From assembly GCA_041687695.1 (NCBI GenBank), contig JAWLBL010000027.1, positions 1 through 64,000 on the forward strand: a stretch of 64,000 nucleotides of DNA, written 5' to 3'. The notes beneath the pieces were generated by a model. The model was not told the DNA's origin. It was given only the letters and a program-made list of their open reading frames with translations, and did not search any database. This document shows positions 30,239-44,048 of this stretch, in pieces. The stretch comes from Myxococcota bacterium (GTDB lineage: Bacteria; Myxococcota_A; UBA9042; PHBI01; JAWLBL01). Each line of letters begins with the position of its first letter. Positions within the stretch are counted from its first letter, which is position 1. The translations under genes and the position numbers were made by a program.

Positions 30239-31495
30239 TCAGAAGGTGTAGCCGTCGGGGACCACGGCCTGACGTCCAACGACGATGACGCCGTCGCGGA
30301 CGACGATGTGATCGTCCTCGAAGTCGGCGATGCCGCGCTCGTTCACCAGCTTGACCCCGCGGCCGATGCGCGCGTCCCGATCGATGATGACGTTGCGCAG
30401 GACGCTGCCCTCGCCGATGCCGAGCGGCAGCGGATGGCCGGCCCCGCCCGTGTGGAAGTCGAAGGCGCCCGCGCCGTTGGAGACCACGCGGTCGAGGTGG
30501 CAGCGGGGCCCGATGATGGTGCGGATGCCGACGACGGACTCGCGGACGATGGCGCCGTCACCGATGATGGCGCCGTCGCACACCAGCGCGCGCTGCACGA
30601 CCGCGTCGCCGATCTTCACGGGCGGCAGAAAGCGCGGCCGCGTGTACATCGGGAAGCGCTCGTTGAAGAGGTTGAAGTTGGGCACCGCGTTGGTCAGGTG
30701 CAGGTTGACGCGGTGGTAGCCCTCGATGGTCCCGACGTCCTCCCAGAAGCCCGAGAACGGGTAGGCGACGAGGTTCATCTTGTCGAGGGCGGACGGCAGG
30801 ATGTGCTTGCCGAAGTCGTCGCGCTGATCTTCCTCGAGCAGCCGCGTGAGCGCCCGCATCTTGAAGATGTAGATGCCCATCGAGCCGAGGTGCGTCAGGT
30901 CCCCGATGGCGTCCGGCACCACGAAGCGGTCCAGCGTCGGGTCGTCCTTGGGCTTCTCGGCGAACTCGGTGATGCGCCCGTTCTTGTCGGTGTGCATGAC
31001 GCCGAAGCGGGTGGCGTCCTGGCGGCTGACGCGGGTCGCGGCGACGGTCAGGTCCGCCTCGGTGGCGCGATGGCGGCGGACGAAGTCGTCCAGATCCATC
31101 AGGTAGACCTGATCGCCCGACAGGATGATGACGTCGCCGTCTTCGGGGACCTCGAGCCGGTGGAGCTGCTTGCGGACGGCGTCGGCCGTGCCGTGGTACC
31201 AGTCCGAGCCCTGGTTGCCTTGCTGCGTCTGCTCGGCGGCGAGGGTCGTGACGTGGCCGCGCGAGAAGGCGTCGAATCGATAGGTCTGCGCGACGTGACG
31301 GTTGAGCGACGCGGACTGATACTGGGTCAGGCAGTAGATCTGATCGATGCCGGCGTGCAGGCAGTTCGAGATGGGGATGTCGATGAGGCGATACATCCCG
31401 GCGAACGGGACGGCCGGCTTGGCGCGGTTGGTCGTGAGCGGACGAAGGCGCTCGCCGCGGCCTCCGCCCAGGATGACGGCGATGCAGTTGCGCAT
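30239..31495 (-). CDS. glgC: Glucose-1-phosphate adenylyltransferase
   Basis: ILGGGRGERLRPLT..RAKPAVPF, WYHGTADAV, FAEKP, SMGIYIF, DDFG, WEDVGT. Confidence 0.96.
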   Translation of the reverse strand: MRNCIAVILGGGRGERLRPLTTNRAKPAVPFAGMYRLIDIPISNCLHAGIDQIYCLTQYQSASLNRHVAQTYRFDAFSRGHVTTLAAEQTQQGNQGSDWYHGTADAVRKQLHRLEVPEDGDVIILSGDQVYLMDLDDFVRRHRATEADLTVAATRVSRQDATRFGVMHTDKNGRITEFAEKPKDDPTLDRFVVPDAIGDLTHLGSMGIYIFKMRALTRLLEEDQRDDFGKHILPSALDKMNLVAYPFSGFWEDVGTIEGYHRVNLHLTNAVPNFNLFNERFPMYTRPRFLPPVKIGDAVVQRALVCDGAIIGDGAIVRESVVGIRTIIGPRCHLDRVVSNGAGAFDFHTGGAGHPLPLGIGEGSVLRNVIIDRDARIGRGVKLVNERGIADFEDDHIVVRDGVIVVGRQAVVPDGYTF

Positions 31496-31681
31496 GGAAC
31501 CCCCTCGCGATGGGAGCGCAGGCGCGCTCCGGATCGCGTAGCGATGGTCGTCGAGATCGATAGGGATGGTGTCGAGCGGGACCAGACATACCGGCCGGGA
31601 CCCGGCCCGTCCATGACCGGGCTGTAAGGCTCGGCGCGTCGGCGCGCGCCCTCTGAGGAGGTGCGCCGGCCCGCGACGATC

Positions 31682-32524
31682 CTACGACTCGTCGTCCTCG
31701 TCGTCGTCGTCGCCGAGGCCGAAGCCGGCCAGGGCCGCCTCGAGATCGGCGAAGGCGTCGCTCGGCTCGCGGGGCTCGTCGGCGATCTCGGGGTCCGCGG
31801 TCCAGCCCAGGTAGGTCCCGCGCGCCTTGCCGGCCTTGCTGTCCAGGATCCAGCTGACGCGGTGGATGGAGTCGATGAGCAGCGGCGTCTCCTGCACGCC
31901 CGAGATGACGTGCCCCGTCGGCTCCTTGTCGACCGCCACGTCCTTGAGCTCGAGCTTTTCGAACAGCTTCGCGAGGGCCTCGGCGCCCTTGGCGCTGGTC
32001 GTCTCGACCCGGTGCTCGACGCGGTGGACCCGCTCGGGGTCGGCGTCGGCGTTCAGCAGCGCGTTGACGCCCTTGATGTCCTCGATCTGGCGCCACTCGC
32101 GCGGGCCGGGCAGCAGCTGCTCGTAGGCCTCCCACTTCGGGTCGGGCCGGCTGATGAACAGCGTCTCCATGCCCACCGAGGCGCGGAGGCGGTCCTCGAC
32201 GCCGCGCGGGCGCTCGGGCAGGTAGAAGATGAGGTCGCGGTTGCTGTTGCCGGTGCGGCGACCGACGTAGATGGCCTCGCGGCCGCGCAGGACCTCTCGG
32301 ATGCGGTTCTCGACGGTGTCGAGGCGCACGGCCTCGCCCTCGGTCGGCAGGCCGCTGTCCTTGCGGTCGGCCATCGGGATGCGGACCGCGAAGAACCAGG
32401 GGTGCGTCTTGAGGGGGTAGTCCTCGCCGCGCCCGAGGTCGAGGACGATGTCGTACAGGTACCCGTCCTCGGCGCGGATGCGCCACGTCTCGTACATCGG
32501 AGCGTATGCCATGGGTGCGGTCAT
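31682..32524 (-). CDS. DUF695-like protein with RraB-like C-terminus
   Basis: SGLPTEGE..RLD..E...YVGRRTGN..RDLIFY..DPKWEAY pattern; the start could be 32512. Confidence 0.6.
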   Translation of the reverse strand: MTAPMAYAPMYETWRIRAEDGYLYDIVLDLGRGEDYPLKTHPWFFAVRIPMADRKDSGLPTEGEAVRLDTVENRIREVLRGREAIYVGRRTGNSNRDLIFYLPERPRGVEDRLRASVGMETLFISRPDPKWEAYEQLLPGPREWRQIEDIKGVNALLNADADPERVHRVEHRVETTSAKGAEALAKLFEKLELKDVAVDKEPTGHVISGVQETPLLIDSIHRVSWILDSKAGKARGTYLGWTADPEIADEPREPSDAFADLEAALAGFGLGDDDDEDDES

Positions 32525-32677
32525 TCCCTACGGGGCACGGTCTGTCAAGCGAGGGATGGCGAGGCGCGCGGCGGCACCCGGGCGCGGCTCACCGCGACGC
32601 CGTGGGCGGCACCGGCGGCCCCTTGCGACGCCGTAGGTGGCGCTTGCGGCCCCTGGCGCCGTCACGGGGCGGCGCGG

Positions 32678-34090
<1,413 letters not shown>

Positions 34091-34129
34091 GGGCCTCTCC
34101 CTTGGGACGGGGTGTTCGCGTTCGCTGGG

Positions 34130-35391
<1,262 letters not shown>

Positions 35392-35392
<1 letters not shown>

Positions 35393-38214
35393 CAGGCGCC
35401 TCGCTTTCCAAACACGCGGTCGAGCAGGTCCGCCTGCTCGATACTGTGGGCGGTCGGCGAACCGGTCGCCGGGCTCGCGCTGGCCGCGCGGCTCTCCCAC
35501 CTCAGGGACGGGCCGGTCGCGCCGTACATCCGGTACAGGCGCGGGAACATGAAGTAGTACGAGCCCATGTTCTCGGGCTCCTCCTGGCACCAGACCACCT
35601 CGGTGGCGTTCGGGTGCGCGGCGACGGCCGCCCGGATGTCGGCTTCGGGGAACGGGTACAGCTCCTCGACGCGCACCAGGGCCGTCGCGGTGTCGCCGGT
35701 CGCCTCGCGGCGCTCGAGGAGATCGTAGTAGACCTTGCCCGAGCACAGGACGACGCGCTGCACGGCGGCCGCGTCCTCGAGCAGCCGCTCGGGGATGACG
35801 CGCTCGAAGCCGCCCTCGGCCAGATCCGACAGGGTCGACGTGGCGCGCTTGTGGCGCAGCAGGCTCTTGGGCGTCATGACCACCAGGGGCTTGCGCCACT
35901 TGCGCAGCACCTGACGACGCAGCAAGTGGAACATCTGTCCGGGGGTCGTGACGTTGCACACCTGGATGTTGTCCTCGGCGCACATCTGCAAAAAGCGCTC
36001 GACGCGGCCCGACGAGTGCTCGGGGCCCTGCCCCTCGTAGCCGTGCGGCAGCAGGAGCACGACGCCCGAGTTGCGACGCCACTTGTCCTCGCTGGCGACG
36101 ATGAACTGGTCGATGATGACCTGGGCGCCGTTGACGAAGTCGCCGAACTGGGCCTCCCAGATGACCAGCGCCTCGGGCGTGTCCATCGCGTAGCCGTACT
36201 CGAAGCCGAGCACGGCCGCCTCGCTGAGCGGGCTGTTGTAGATCTCGAAGCGCGCCTGATCGGGCGACAGGTTCGCCAGCGGCGTGTACTGCCGGCCGCT
36301 GGTGGGATCGGTCAGGACGGCGTGGCGGTGGCTGAAGGTGCCGCGCCGGACGTCCTGCCCGCTGATGCGCACCGGATGCCCGTCGAGGACCAGCGCGCCG
36401 TAGGCGAGCAGCTCGCCCGTGCCCCAGTCGAAGGCCTGGTTGTCGGTGACGATCTTCTCGCGCCCCCGGACGAGGCGCTCGATCTTCGGGTTGACCTGGA
36501 AGTCGTCGGGCCAGGTCGCCAGCCCCTTCAGGATGGCCTCGAGGCGCTCGCGCGGCACGGCCGTCGGCACGTCGACGGCGGTCGACAGCGGGCCGCCGTG
36601 GTAGCCGCTCCAGACGCCCTCGAAGGCCGACTCGAGCTTCTTGCCGTTCGGCCCCTTGTGCAGCTCCTCCAGCTCTTCCTCGAGCATGCGCTGCTGGGCC
36701 TCGGCGATGCCGGCCACCTCGTCGGTCGTGATGAGGCCGCTGGTCTCGAGCTGGGTCGCGTAGCTCTTGAGCACCGGCGGGTGCGCGTCGATCGCCTGGT
36801 ACATGAGCGGCTGGGTGAACGCGGGCTCGTCGCCCTCGTTGTGGCCGTACCGGCGGAAGCAGTACATGTCGATGATGACGTCGCGGTGGAACGTCTGCCG
36901 GAACTCCGCCGCGATGCGCACCACCTGGGCCACGGCCTCGGGGTCCTCGCCGTTCACGTGGAAGATCGGCACCTCGTTCATCTTCGCGATGTCGGTGCAG
37001 TAGGGCGACGAGCGCGAGTCCTCGGGCACCGTCGTGAAGCCGATCTGGTTGTTCACGATGATGTGGATGGTGCCGCCCGTCGAGTAGCCCTCGAGCCCCA
37101 TCAGGTTGAGGGTCTCGGAGACCAGCCCCTGCCCCGGGAAGGCCGCGTCGCCGTGGATGAGCACCGGCAGGCACCGCGTCCGGTCGCTGTCCGCGAAGCG
37201 ATCCTGCTTGGCGCGGACCCGCCCCTCGACGACTGGGTTGACGGCCTCGAGGTGGCTGGGGTTGCAGGTCAGCGACAGGTGCACCCGGTGACCGAAGCGC
37301 GTCACCTGGTCGCTGGAGTAGCCCAGGTGGTACTTGACGTCGCCGCGGCCCAGCTGGTCCTCGGCGCCCATGTCGTCGAACTCGCCGAAGATGGCGCGGC
37401 GGTTCTTGCCGAAGATGTTCGCCAGCACGTTCAGGCGTCCGCGGTGGGCCATGCCCATCACGACGTCGGACACGCCGCGGCGGGCCGTCTCCTCGACCAG
37501 CAGCGCCAGCATCGGGATGAGCGCCTCGGCGCCCTCGAGCGAGAAGCGCTTTTTGCCGCGGTACTTCACGTGGAGGAATTGCTCGAAGGCCTCGGCGGCC
37601 GCGAGCTGCTCGACGATGAAGATCTGGGTCGCGCGATCGAGGTCACAGTGGTTGCGCGTCCGCTCGCACCGCTCCTGGAGCCAGGCCTGCACCTCGGCGT
37701 CGTTGATGTGCATGAACTCGGCGCCGATGCTGCGCGCGTAGGTGTCCTCGAGGAAGGCGATCACCTCGCGCAGCGTCATCGACTGCGGGCCGAACAGGGC
37801 CGCGGTCGAGAACGTCTGGTCCATGTCGGCTTCGGTGAAGCCCCAGTACCAGGGGTCGAGCTCGATGGGGGCGCCGCGGCGCGACAGGCCGAGCGGGTCG
37901 AGGGCGGCCTTGAAGTGGCCGTGGGCGCGGTAGGCGTCGATGAGCTGGACGACGCGGACCTGCGCGGTCAGCAGCTCGAGGTCGACCTCCTGCACGCCGG
38001 CCTTGCCGTCACCGCCGGCGGCGAAGAGGCCCCGCGGGCGGAAGCGGGGGCCGTCGGCCGGCGCCGGGCCCTGGACGAGCTCGCGTCCCTCGCCCTCGAA
38101 GAAGGCGCGCCAGCTGGGCTCGACGCTGGTGGGGTCGAGGCGGTACTGGCGCAGGACGTCTTCGAGGTAGTGGGCGTTGATTCCGTGCAGCATGCTGCTG
38201 GTGGCGTGGACCAT
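35392..38214 (-). CDS. sucA: 2-oxoglutarate dehydrogenase E1
   Basis: [56 protein letters not shown]. Confidence 0.98.
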
Positions 38215-38654
38215 CGTTGGCTGGGTCTCCCGCCCAGGTGCGCCGAGGCACCGTATGGAGGCGAAGCGAGGGGGGCCGGGGAGGCGCGACGTGCGCCGGG
38301 CGGCCAGGAGGGGGCGCGGCGAGCACCGGCGACAGCGGCGCGCCGTGGGAGGGCGCGCGCCGACCCGCGGACGTCCGAGGGCGTCGGAGGTCGCGCCGAG
38401 CGCGTCGAGGGACCGATGAGGGGGTGTCAGCGCCCGACGGGGTCGAGCCGCGGGGGCCGCGTCCGGCCGCCGCTCAGGGTTCGAAGCGGGGGGGAGTGTA
38501 TGCGCAGGACCCCGGGACGGCAAGCGGCTCGTGCGCGGGTGACGCACGTGCGTCACGACCGACCGGGGGCCCGGCGGGCGCGGGTCTCACGAGCGCGCGC
38601 GAGGGCGCGCGGAGCTATTGGCATCGGGCACCGTTCATCCTTAAGATGCGCGCC

Positions 38655-40391
38655 ATGAAGCACCGCACACACGCCCTGGTCCCTGCCCTGCTCCTCCTGA
38701 CCGCGCCCCTCATGTCGGTCGCGCCTGCCTGCGGCGGCGACGGACAGGGCAGCGGCTCCGGCCTCGAGCTCCCCGGCCCCGACATCAAAACGGACGCCCC
38801 CAGCGACGGGCTGACGACGATCGACACGTCCAAGGACAAGGACGCCAAGCCGGATGAGGACCTCGGGCCGACGCCGGACGCGAGCAAGGTCGACACGGTC
38901 TCGTGCGACGCCATCGACGCCGAGCCCTGCGCGACGCCGGGCGCGACGCGCTGCGCGCTCGAGGGGGCGGTCGTCGAGACGTGCAAGGACGTGGGCGGGT
39001 GTCTGGGCTGGGCGGCCGACACGCCGTGCCCGACCGTGAACAAGTGCACGGGGGTCGCCGACGTCTGCGTCGACGGCGCGTGCGTCCCGCCCGACGGCCA
39101 GGACCCCAACGCGAAGTGCACGCAGCCGACGCAGCAGTGCAAGGCGTCGGTGTGCAACCCGCAGACCGGCCTGTGCGCCGTCCAGAACGCGAACGACAAC
39201 ACGCCCTGCAACGACTTCGACGTCTGCACGGACGACGACATCTGCTTCAACGGGGTCTGCCAGGGCTCCGGCTCGTGCCCCAAGGGCTGCCAGACCCAGA
39301 GCCTGTCGTGCGGCTCGGCCCTGATGTTCGACCTCAACAGCGGCGCGACGGACGTGATGAGCGCCTACGGCTGCGAGGGCGCCGAGACCGGCGGCTACGC
39401 GGGCTGGGAGCGCAGCTTCATCGCCTCGAGCCTGTTCGACTGCGACGACGCCGAGCTGTCGGTCGAGCTGACCAAGGAGACCGACGCCGGCAGCAAGTTC
39501 GTCGACCTGGTCGCGCTCGGCACCAACAACGGCATCTGCTGGCCGGCCGAGTGCGTCGATCTGGCGCAGATGGACGCCGAGGGCCGCGCCCAGATGATCT
39601 TCGACCTCATCAAGGACGAGAACCTGGTCCTGGTCGCCGACGGCCGCGACGGCTACTTCGGCAAGGTGCGCCTGAGCCTGTCCTGCTGCGGTCAGCAGGT
39701 CGAGTCCTTCTGCGGCGACGGCGTCGACAACGACGGCGACGGCCTGACCGACTGCGCCGACGACGACTGCGCGGGCTTCACCTGCAACAGCGAGTACCAC
39801 TGCTCGGACGGCGTCGACAACGACAGCAACGGCAAGACCGACTGCGACGACCCGCAGTGCGCCGCGGCCGACGAGTGCAACGTCGAAGGCGACTGCACCG
39901 ACGAGATCGACAACGACGACGACGGCGCCACCGACTGCGACGACGTCGACTGCGTCGGCACCGCGGCCTGCGCCGTGAAGTGCGAGACCGCCATCCCGCT
40001 GACCTGCGGCGACACCTTGACCGCGCAGGATGTCGAGAGTGCCAGCAATTTGATGACGACCTTCTCCTGCAGCCGCGCGAGCGGGCTGACCTACGGTGGC
40101 GGTCAGCTGGCGTACCTGGTCGAGCCCGACTGCGCCGGCCAGTACCAGATCAAGCTCACGGCCGACGCGGGCGCCGGCGCCCACGGGGCCTTCGAGGCGT
40201 TCGGCCTCAGCCCCGGCTGCTCGGGCGACAGCTGCACGGGGTCGAGCATCGCCACCCTGTTCGGCGTGGACACGATGAACCGCAGCACCGCGACGACGCC
40301 CTTCACGTGGCTGGTCGTGGCCGAGAGCCCCGAGCTGGCGAACAGCAGCGCCGGCACCTACTCGCTGTCCGTCACCTGCCAGTGCGATTGA
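38655..40391 (+). CDS. Cys-rich surface lipoprotein with three C.D..DND.[DN]G.TDC.D..C Ca-binding-like repeats
   Basis: Signal peptide ending APAC; numerous Cys; repeated DNDGDGLTDC/DNDSNGKTDC/DNDDDGATDC. Confidence 0.8.
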   Translation: MKHRTHALVPALLLLTAPLMSVAPACGGDGQGSGSGLELPGPDIKTDAPSDGLTTIDTSKDKDAKPDEDLGPTPDASKVDTVSCDAIDAEPCATPGATRCALEGAVVETCKDVGGCLGWAADTPCPTVNKCTGVADVCVDGACVPPDGQDPNAKCTQPTQQCKASVCNPQTGLCAVQNANDNTPCNDFDVCTDDDICFNGVCQGSGSCPKGCQTQSLSCGSALMFDLNSGATDVMSAYGCEGAETGGYAGWERSFIASSLFDCDDAELSVELTKETDAGSKFVDLVALGTNNGICWPAECVDLAQMDAEGRAQMIFDLIKDENLVLVADGRDGYFGKVRLSLSCCGQQVESFCGDGVDNDGDGLTDCADDDCAGFTCNSEYHCSDGVDNDSNGKTDCDDPQCAAADECNVEGDCTDEIDNDDDGATDCDDVDCVGTAACAVKCETAIPLTCGDTLTAQDVESASNLMTTFSCSRASGLTYGGGQLAYLVEPDCAGQYQIKLTADAGAGAHGAFEAFGLSPGCSGDSCTGSSIATLFGVDTMNRSTATTPFTWLVVAESPELANSSAGTYSLSVTCQCD

Positions 40392-40408
40392 TGCGCTGAG
40401 ACGACGGG

Positions 40409-40540
40409 TCGAACGACGAGGCCCCGTCGGGTAACCGGCGGGGCCTCACTGTTTGGATCGTTGCCCCGGGCCGACCGGGTCGGGGGATTCGGTGAGGGCT
40501 GAACGACGAAGGCCCCGTCGGGTGAGCGACGGGGCCTTCG
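40409..40540. terminator. Two similar hairpins between convergent genes
   Basis: GAACGACGA(A)GGCCCCGTCG...CGGGGCCT(T)C at 40411-40447 and 40501-40540. Confidence 0.7.
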
Positions 40541-40561
40541 GGGTCGGACGCGCGGGGGCCG

Positions 40562-41221
40562 TCAGAGGGTGACGGTCCGGGGGCGGAGATCGGCGTTGGG
40601 GGGCGTCGGGCCGGCGTCTTCGACCGAGACGAGGATGCGGCCGAGGCGGAGGATGTCGCCGGGGGCCAGGGGGCGGCGGCCGGCCAGGGGCTCGCCGTTC
40701 AGCTCGCTGCCGTTGGTCGAGCCCAGGTCGCGCGCCCAGCACAGGCCGGGGCCGTAGTTCTCGATCTCGAGGTGGCGGCCGGAGATGCCGCTGTCGTCGA
40801 CCAGCACGTCGCCCTCGTAGCGGCCGATGACGACGCGCGCACCCGGGACCGTGACGCTCGCGGTGGCGTCGTCGTCCTCGCGGGTGAGGGTCAGGGTGAG
40901 CTGGGTCGGCGCGGCGGCGCGGTCCTCGAGGAAGACGAGCTCGGCGTCGCCGACGCCCAGGCGGTCGCCCGGGGTGAGGACGTGCTCTTCGACCTCGGCG
41001 CCGTTGACGGTGAGCGCGCCGACCCGCGTGAGCCGGCGCGCGGTCACGCCCATCGGGCCGCGGGCGATGGCGGCGTGGACGGCCGCGGCGCCGCCGGTCG
41101 CCAGCGACACCCCGCACAGGGCGTCCGCTCCGACGGTCAGGGGACGCGCCTCGACGTCGGCGCGCTGACAAGCGCCGTCGGCGTCGGGCCAGAAGAGGAA
41201 CGAGGTCGGCGCTGCGCTCAT
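40562..41221 (-). CDS. FHA-domain protein (degenerate plus canonical FHA)
   Basis: VIGR, ISGRH, DLGSTNG, LAPGDILRLG. Confidence 0.85.
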   Translation of the reverse strand: MSAAPTSFLFWPDADGACQRADVEARPLTVGADALCGVSLATGGAAAVHAAIARGPMGVTARRLTRVGALTVNGAEVEEHVLTPGDRLGVGDAELVFLEDRAAAPTQLTLTLTREDDDATASVTVPGARVVIGRYEGDVLVDDSGISGRHLEIENYGPGLCWARDLGSTNGSELNGEPLAGRRPLAPGDILRLGRILVSVEDAGPTPPNADLRPRTVTL

Positions 41222-41231
41222 GGCGGGTCTC

Positions 41232-41885
41232 CTAGTCGTCGTCGCGGCGCAGGCTGAACTGTCGGCGCTGCTCCTCGGGGATGGACTCGTCGTGCTCGTA
41301 AGCGGTCGGCTCGGCCGAGGTCTCGAGCGCGTCGGCGTCGGCCTGGACGCCCATCATGAACCACTGCGTCTCGGAGAAGCCCTGGCGCCGCTTGCCGCCC
41401 CCGCCCTTCTTCGGGGCCGCGGCCGGGGGCTCGGAGCCGGCGCCGGGCGATGTCGCTGCCTGCTGGGCGGGGACGCGCTCGCGCTCGGGCGCGGCCTCGG
41501 TGCGGGACGGGCCGGCGATGGAGTCGATGAGCGCCGAGCCCAGGCGCTTGCGGCCGCCCTTCTGCCCGTCGACCGACGCCGCCGGCGGGGCCGTGACGGC
41601 GGTCATCTCGACCACCGTCTTCACCTCGTCCGGGGAGCGCCGGCGGTTCGGTTTGGCGGGGGCGGCCGGGGTCGGCTCGGGGGTCACCGCGGGCGCGGCG
41701 GCGACCGGGGCGGCGGCGACCGGGGCCGGCGCCGGCGCCGCGGCAGGCGCTGGGGCCCCACCCGTCATCGAGATGGGCTTGGGCGCGTTGGGGCAGGTCC
41801 AGGCTCCGCTGAGCCGGGTGCCGTCCTGGGGGCAGAAGTTGCCCCACGGCACGCCGCACGTGGGACAGAAGGCGAGCTGCGTCAT
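41232..41885 (-). CDS. Zinc-ribbon plus low-complexity hypothetical protein
   Basis: N-terminal CPTCG..FCPQDG; GGAGG RBS; Pro/Ala-rich body. Confidence 0.65.
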   Translation of the reverse strand: MTQLAFCPTCGVPWGNFCPQDGTRLSGAWTCPNAPKPISMTGGAPAPAAAPAPAPVAAAPVAAAPAVTPEPTPAAPAKPNRRRSPDEVKTVVEMTAVTAPPAASVDGQKGGRKRLGSALIDSIAGPSRTEAAPERERVPAQQAATSPGAGSEPPAAAPKKGGGGKRRQGFSETQWFMMGVQADADALETSAEPTAYEHDESIPEEQRRQFSLRRDDD

Positions 41886-42189
41886 CCGGTCCTCCGCGCC
41901 ACCTCGGGCGCCCGCGGATGATCCCGCCGCGCGGTCGCCGGTGTCAAGCGCGCGCCGGGGCGACACGTTGCGCCCGCGCCGCCGGGCGATGCCGCGGCCG
42001 CCCATTCACGGCTTGCTGGCGCCGATCGCCAGTGCTAAACGACGCCGCAACCCAGGAGCGTAGCGGTCCGTGAACGCGCAGGTCCGCGTGGCCACTCGGG
42101 ATGGGACGGCGTCGTGCCTGGGTTGTTGCCGTCCCGACGCGCGCGACCCGATCGTCTGCCGTGGTCCCACCCTCCCAGAGGAGCCCATC

Positions 42190-43278
42190 ATGCCCGGTAC
42201 GCCCGATCGCCCCTGGTTGCTCAACCCCGGCCCCTGCAACGTCAGCGACGACGTCCGCCACGCGGCCGTCACGCCCGACATCTGCCACCGCGAGCCCGAC
42301 TACCTCGAGCTCCAGACCGAGCTGCGCGCGCTGCTGCTCGACGTCTTCGATCGCGACCCCACCCAGTGGACCGTCGCCCTGGTCACCGGCAGCGGCACGG
42401 CCGCGCTCGAGATGGCGGTCGCGTCGTCCGTCAGCGCGGCCGGCGCGATGCTGGTCGTGCGCAACGGCGTCTACGGCGACCGCATCCACAAGATCTGCGA
42501 GGCCAACGGCATCCGCACCGTCAGCGTCCACGCCTCCTGGACGCAGCGCCCGGATCTCGGCGAGATCGAGCGCGCGCTCGAGGCCGACCCGACCATCGAG
42601 GTCGTGGGCATGGTCCACCACGAGACCACGACCGGCCTCATCAACCCGGTCCCCGAGGTCTCGGCCCTGTGCCGCCGCTACGGCAAGCGCCTGGTCCTCG
42701 ACACGATCAGCGGCCTCGCCGGCGACCCGCTCGACCTCGACGGGGTCGACATCGCCGTCTGCACGGCCAACAAGCTCATCCAGGGCCTCCCGGGCGTCGC
42801 CTTCTGCCTGGTCCGCCGCGACTTCGCCGAGGACATGAAGGGCTATCCGGCCCGCAGCCTGTACCTGAACCTGCCGAACTACGTCGCCAACCAGGACAAG
42901 GGCGGCACTCCGTTCACGCCGGCCGTCCAGATCTCGTTCGCGTTCCGGCAGGCGCTGGTCGAGCTGAAGGAAGAGACCGTCGCCGGGCGCATCGCGCGCA
43001 TGGCCCGCGCCTCGACGCGCCTGCGCCAGGGCTTCGAGCGGCTGGGCCTCGCCAGCTACCTGCCGGCCGAGCTGCAGTCGAACACCATCACCTCGCTCCG
43101 GTTCCCGCCGGGGCTCACCTACGAGCGTCTGCACGATCACATGCGCGAGCGCGGCTACGTGATCTACGCCGGTCAGGGGGACCTCTCGAAGGAGGTCTTC
43201 CGCATTTCCAACATGGGCCTGCTCCCCGACGAAGCGCTCGACGGCGTGATCACGGCCCTGGAGGCAGCGATTCGATGA
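42190..43278 (+). CDS. Class V PLP aminotransferase, 2-aminoethylphosphonate transaminase (PhnW/AEPT)-like
   Basis: LLNPGP, DICHRE, GSGTAALE, NGVYGDR, HHETTTG..NP, TANKLIQGLPG, GYVIYAGQG..FRISNMG. Confidence 0.85.
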   Translation: MPGTPDRPWLLNPGPCNVSDDVRHAAVTPDICHREPDYLELQTELRALLLDVFDRDPTQWTVALVTGSGTAALEMAVASSVSAAGAMLVVRNGVYGDRIHKICEANGIRTVSVHASWTQRPDLGEIERALEADPTIEVVGMVHHETTTGLINPVPEVSALCRRYGKRLVLDTISGLAGDPLDLDGVDIAVCTANKLIQGLPGVAFCLVRRDFAEDMKGYPARSLYLNLPNYVANQDKGGTPFTPAVQISFAFRQALVELKEETVAGRIARMARASTRLRQGFERLGLASYLPAELQSNTITSLRFPPGLTYERLHDHMRERGYVIYAGQGDLSKEVFRISNMGLLPDEALDGVITALEAAIR

Positions 43279-44048
43279 AGGCGATTCTCCTTGCGGCCGG
43301 CGTGGGCGATCGGCTCCGCCCGTTCACCGACGAGCACCCCAAGTGCTTGATCGACATCGGCGGACGGAGCCTGCTCCACCGGCACCTCGATCTGCTCAGC
43401 GCCATGCCCGGCCTCGACGGGCTGCTCATCGTGGTCGGCTACCGCGAGGACCAGATCCGCGACGCCGTCGCCATCTGGCACCGGCAGACGGGGCGTGACT
43501 TCCCCGTGACGTTCGAGGTGAACCCCGAGTTCCGCAAGGGATCGATCCTCAGCCTGTACGCCGCCCGCGACGTCCTCACGGCCGAGGGCGGCATCGCGAT
43601 GGACGCGGACGTCCTCTATCCGCCCGAGGTGATGCGGCGGCTCGTGCAGTCCTCGCACGCCAACTGCTTCCTCATCGACGAGCGCGCGCGCGAGACCGGC
43701 GAGGAGATGATGGTGTGCGTCAAGGACGGCCGCGCCATGCACATCGCGCGCAGCCGCGACCCGTCGACCCACCAGGGCTGGGACCTCAAGGGCGAGGGCG
43801 TCGGCTTCTTCCGCGTGGCGCAGGCCGACGCGCCGCGCCTTGTCGAGATCATGGGCGAGATGGTCGCCGCCGGCATCGATCGCGTCGAGTACGAGGAGGC
43901 CCTGGCCCGCTTCATGAAGGAGCGCCCCTGCGGCTGGGAGACCATCGGCGACCTGCCGTGGACCGAGATCGACTTCATCGAGGACGTCGAGCGGGCCGCG
44001 CGTGACATCCTGCCGCGCATCGAGGCGCGGACGGACGGCGCGTCCTGA
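43275..44048 (+). CDS. Phosphocholine/phosphonate cytidylyltransferase-like nucleotidyltransferase (LicC/PntC family)
   Basis: MKAILLAAG.G.RL...PKCL, DADVLY, WTEIDF.EDVERA; ATGA overlap with the aminotransferase. Confidence 0.8.
   Translation: MKAILLAAGVGDRLRPFTDEHPKCLIDIGGRSLLHRHLDLLSAMPGLDGLLIVVGYREDQIRDAVAIWHRQTGRDFPVTFEVNPEFRKGSILSLYAARDVLTAEGGIAMDADVLYPPEVMRRLVQSSHANCFLIDERARETGEEMMVCVKDGRAMHIARSRDPSTHQGWDLKGEGVGFFRVAQADAPRLVEIMGEMVAAGIDRVEYEEALARFMKERPCGWETIGDLPWTEIDFIEDVERAARDILPRIEARTDGAS

Noticed and set aside
38215..38654. Possible ncRNA or riboswitch in the 440-nt sucA upstream region
   Set aside because: No recognisable riboswitch or tRNA motif; GC-rich pairings here are not distinguishable from chance.
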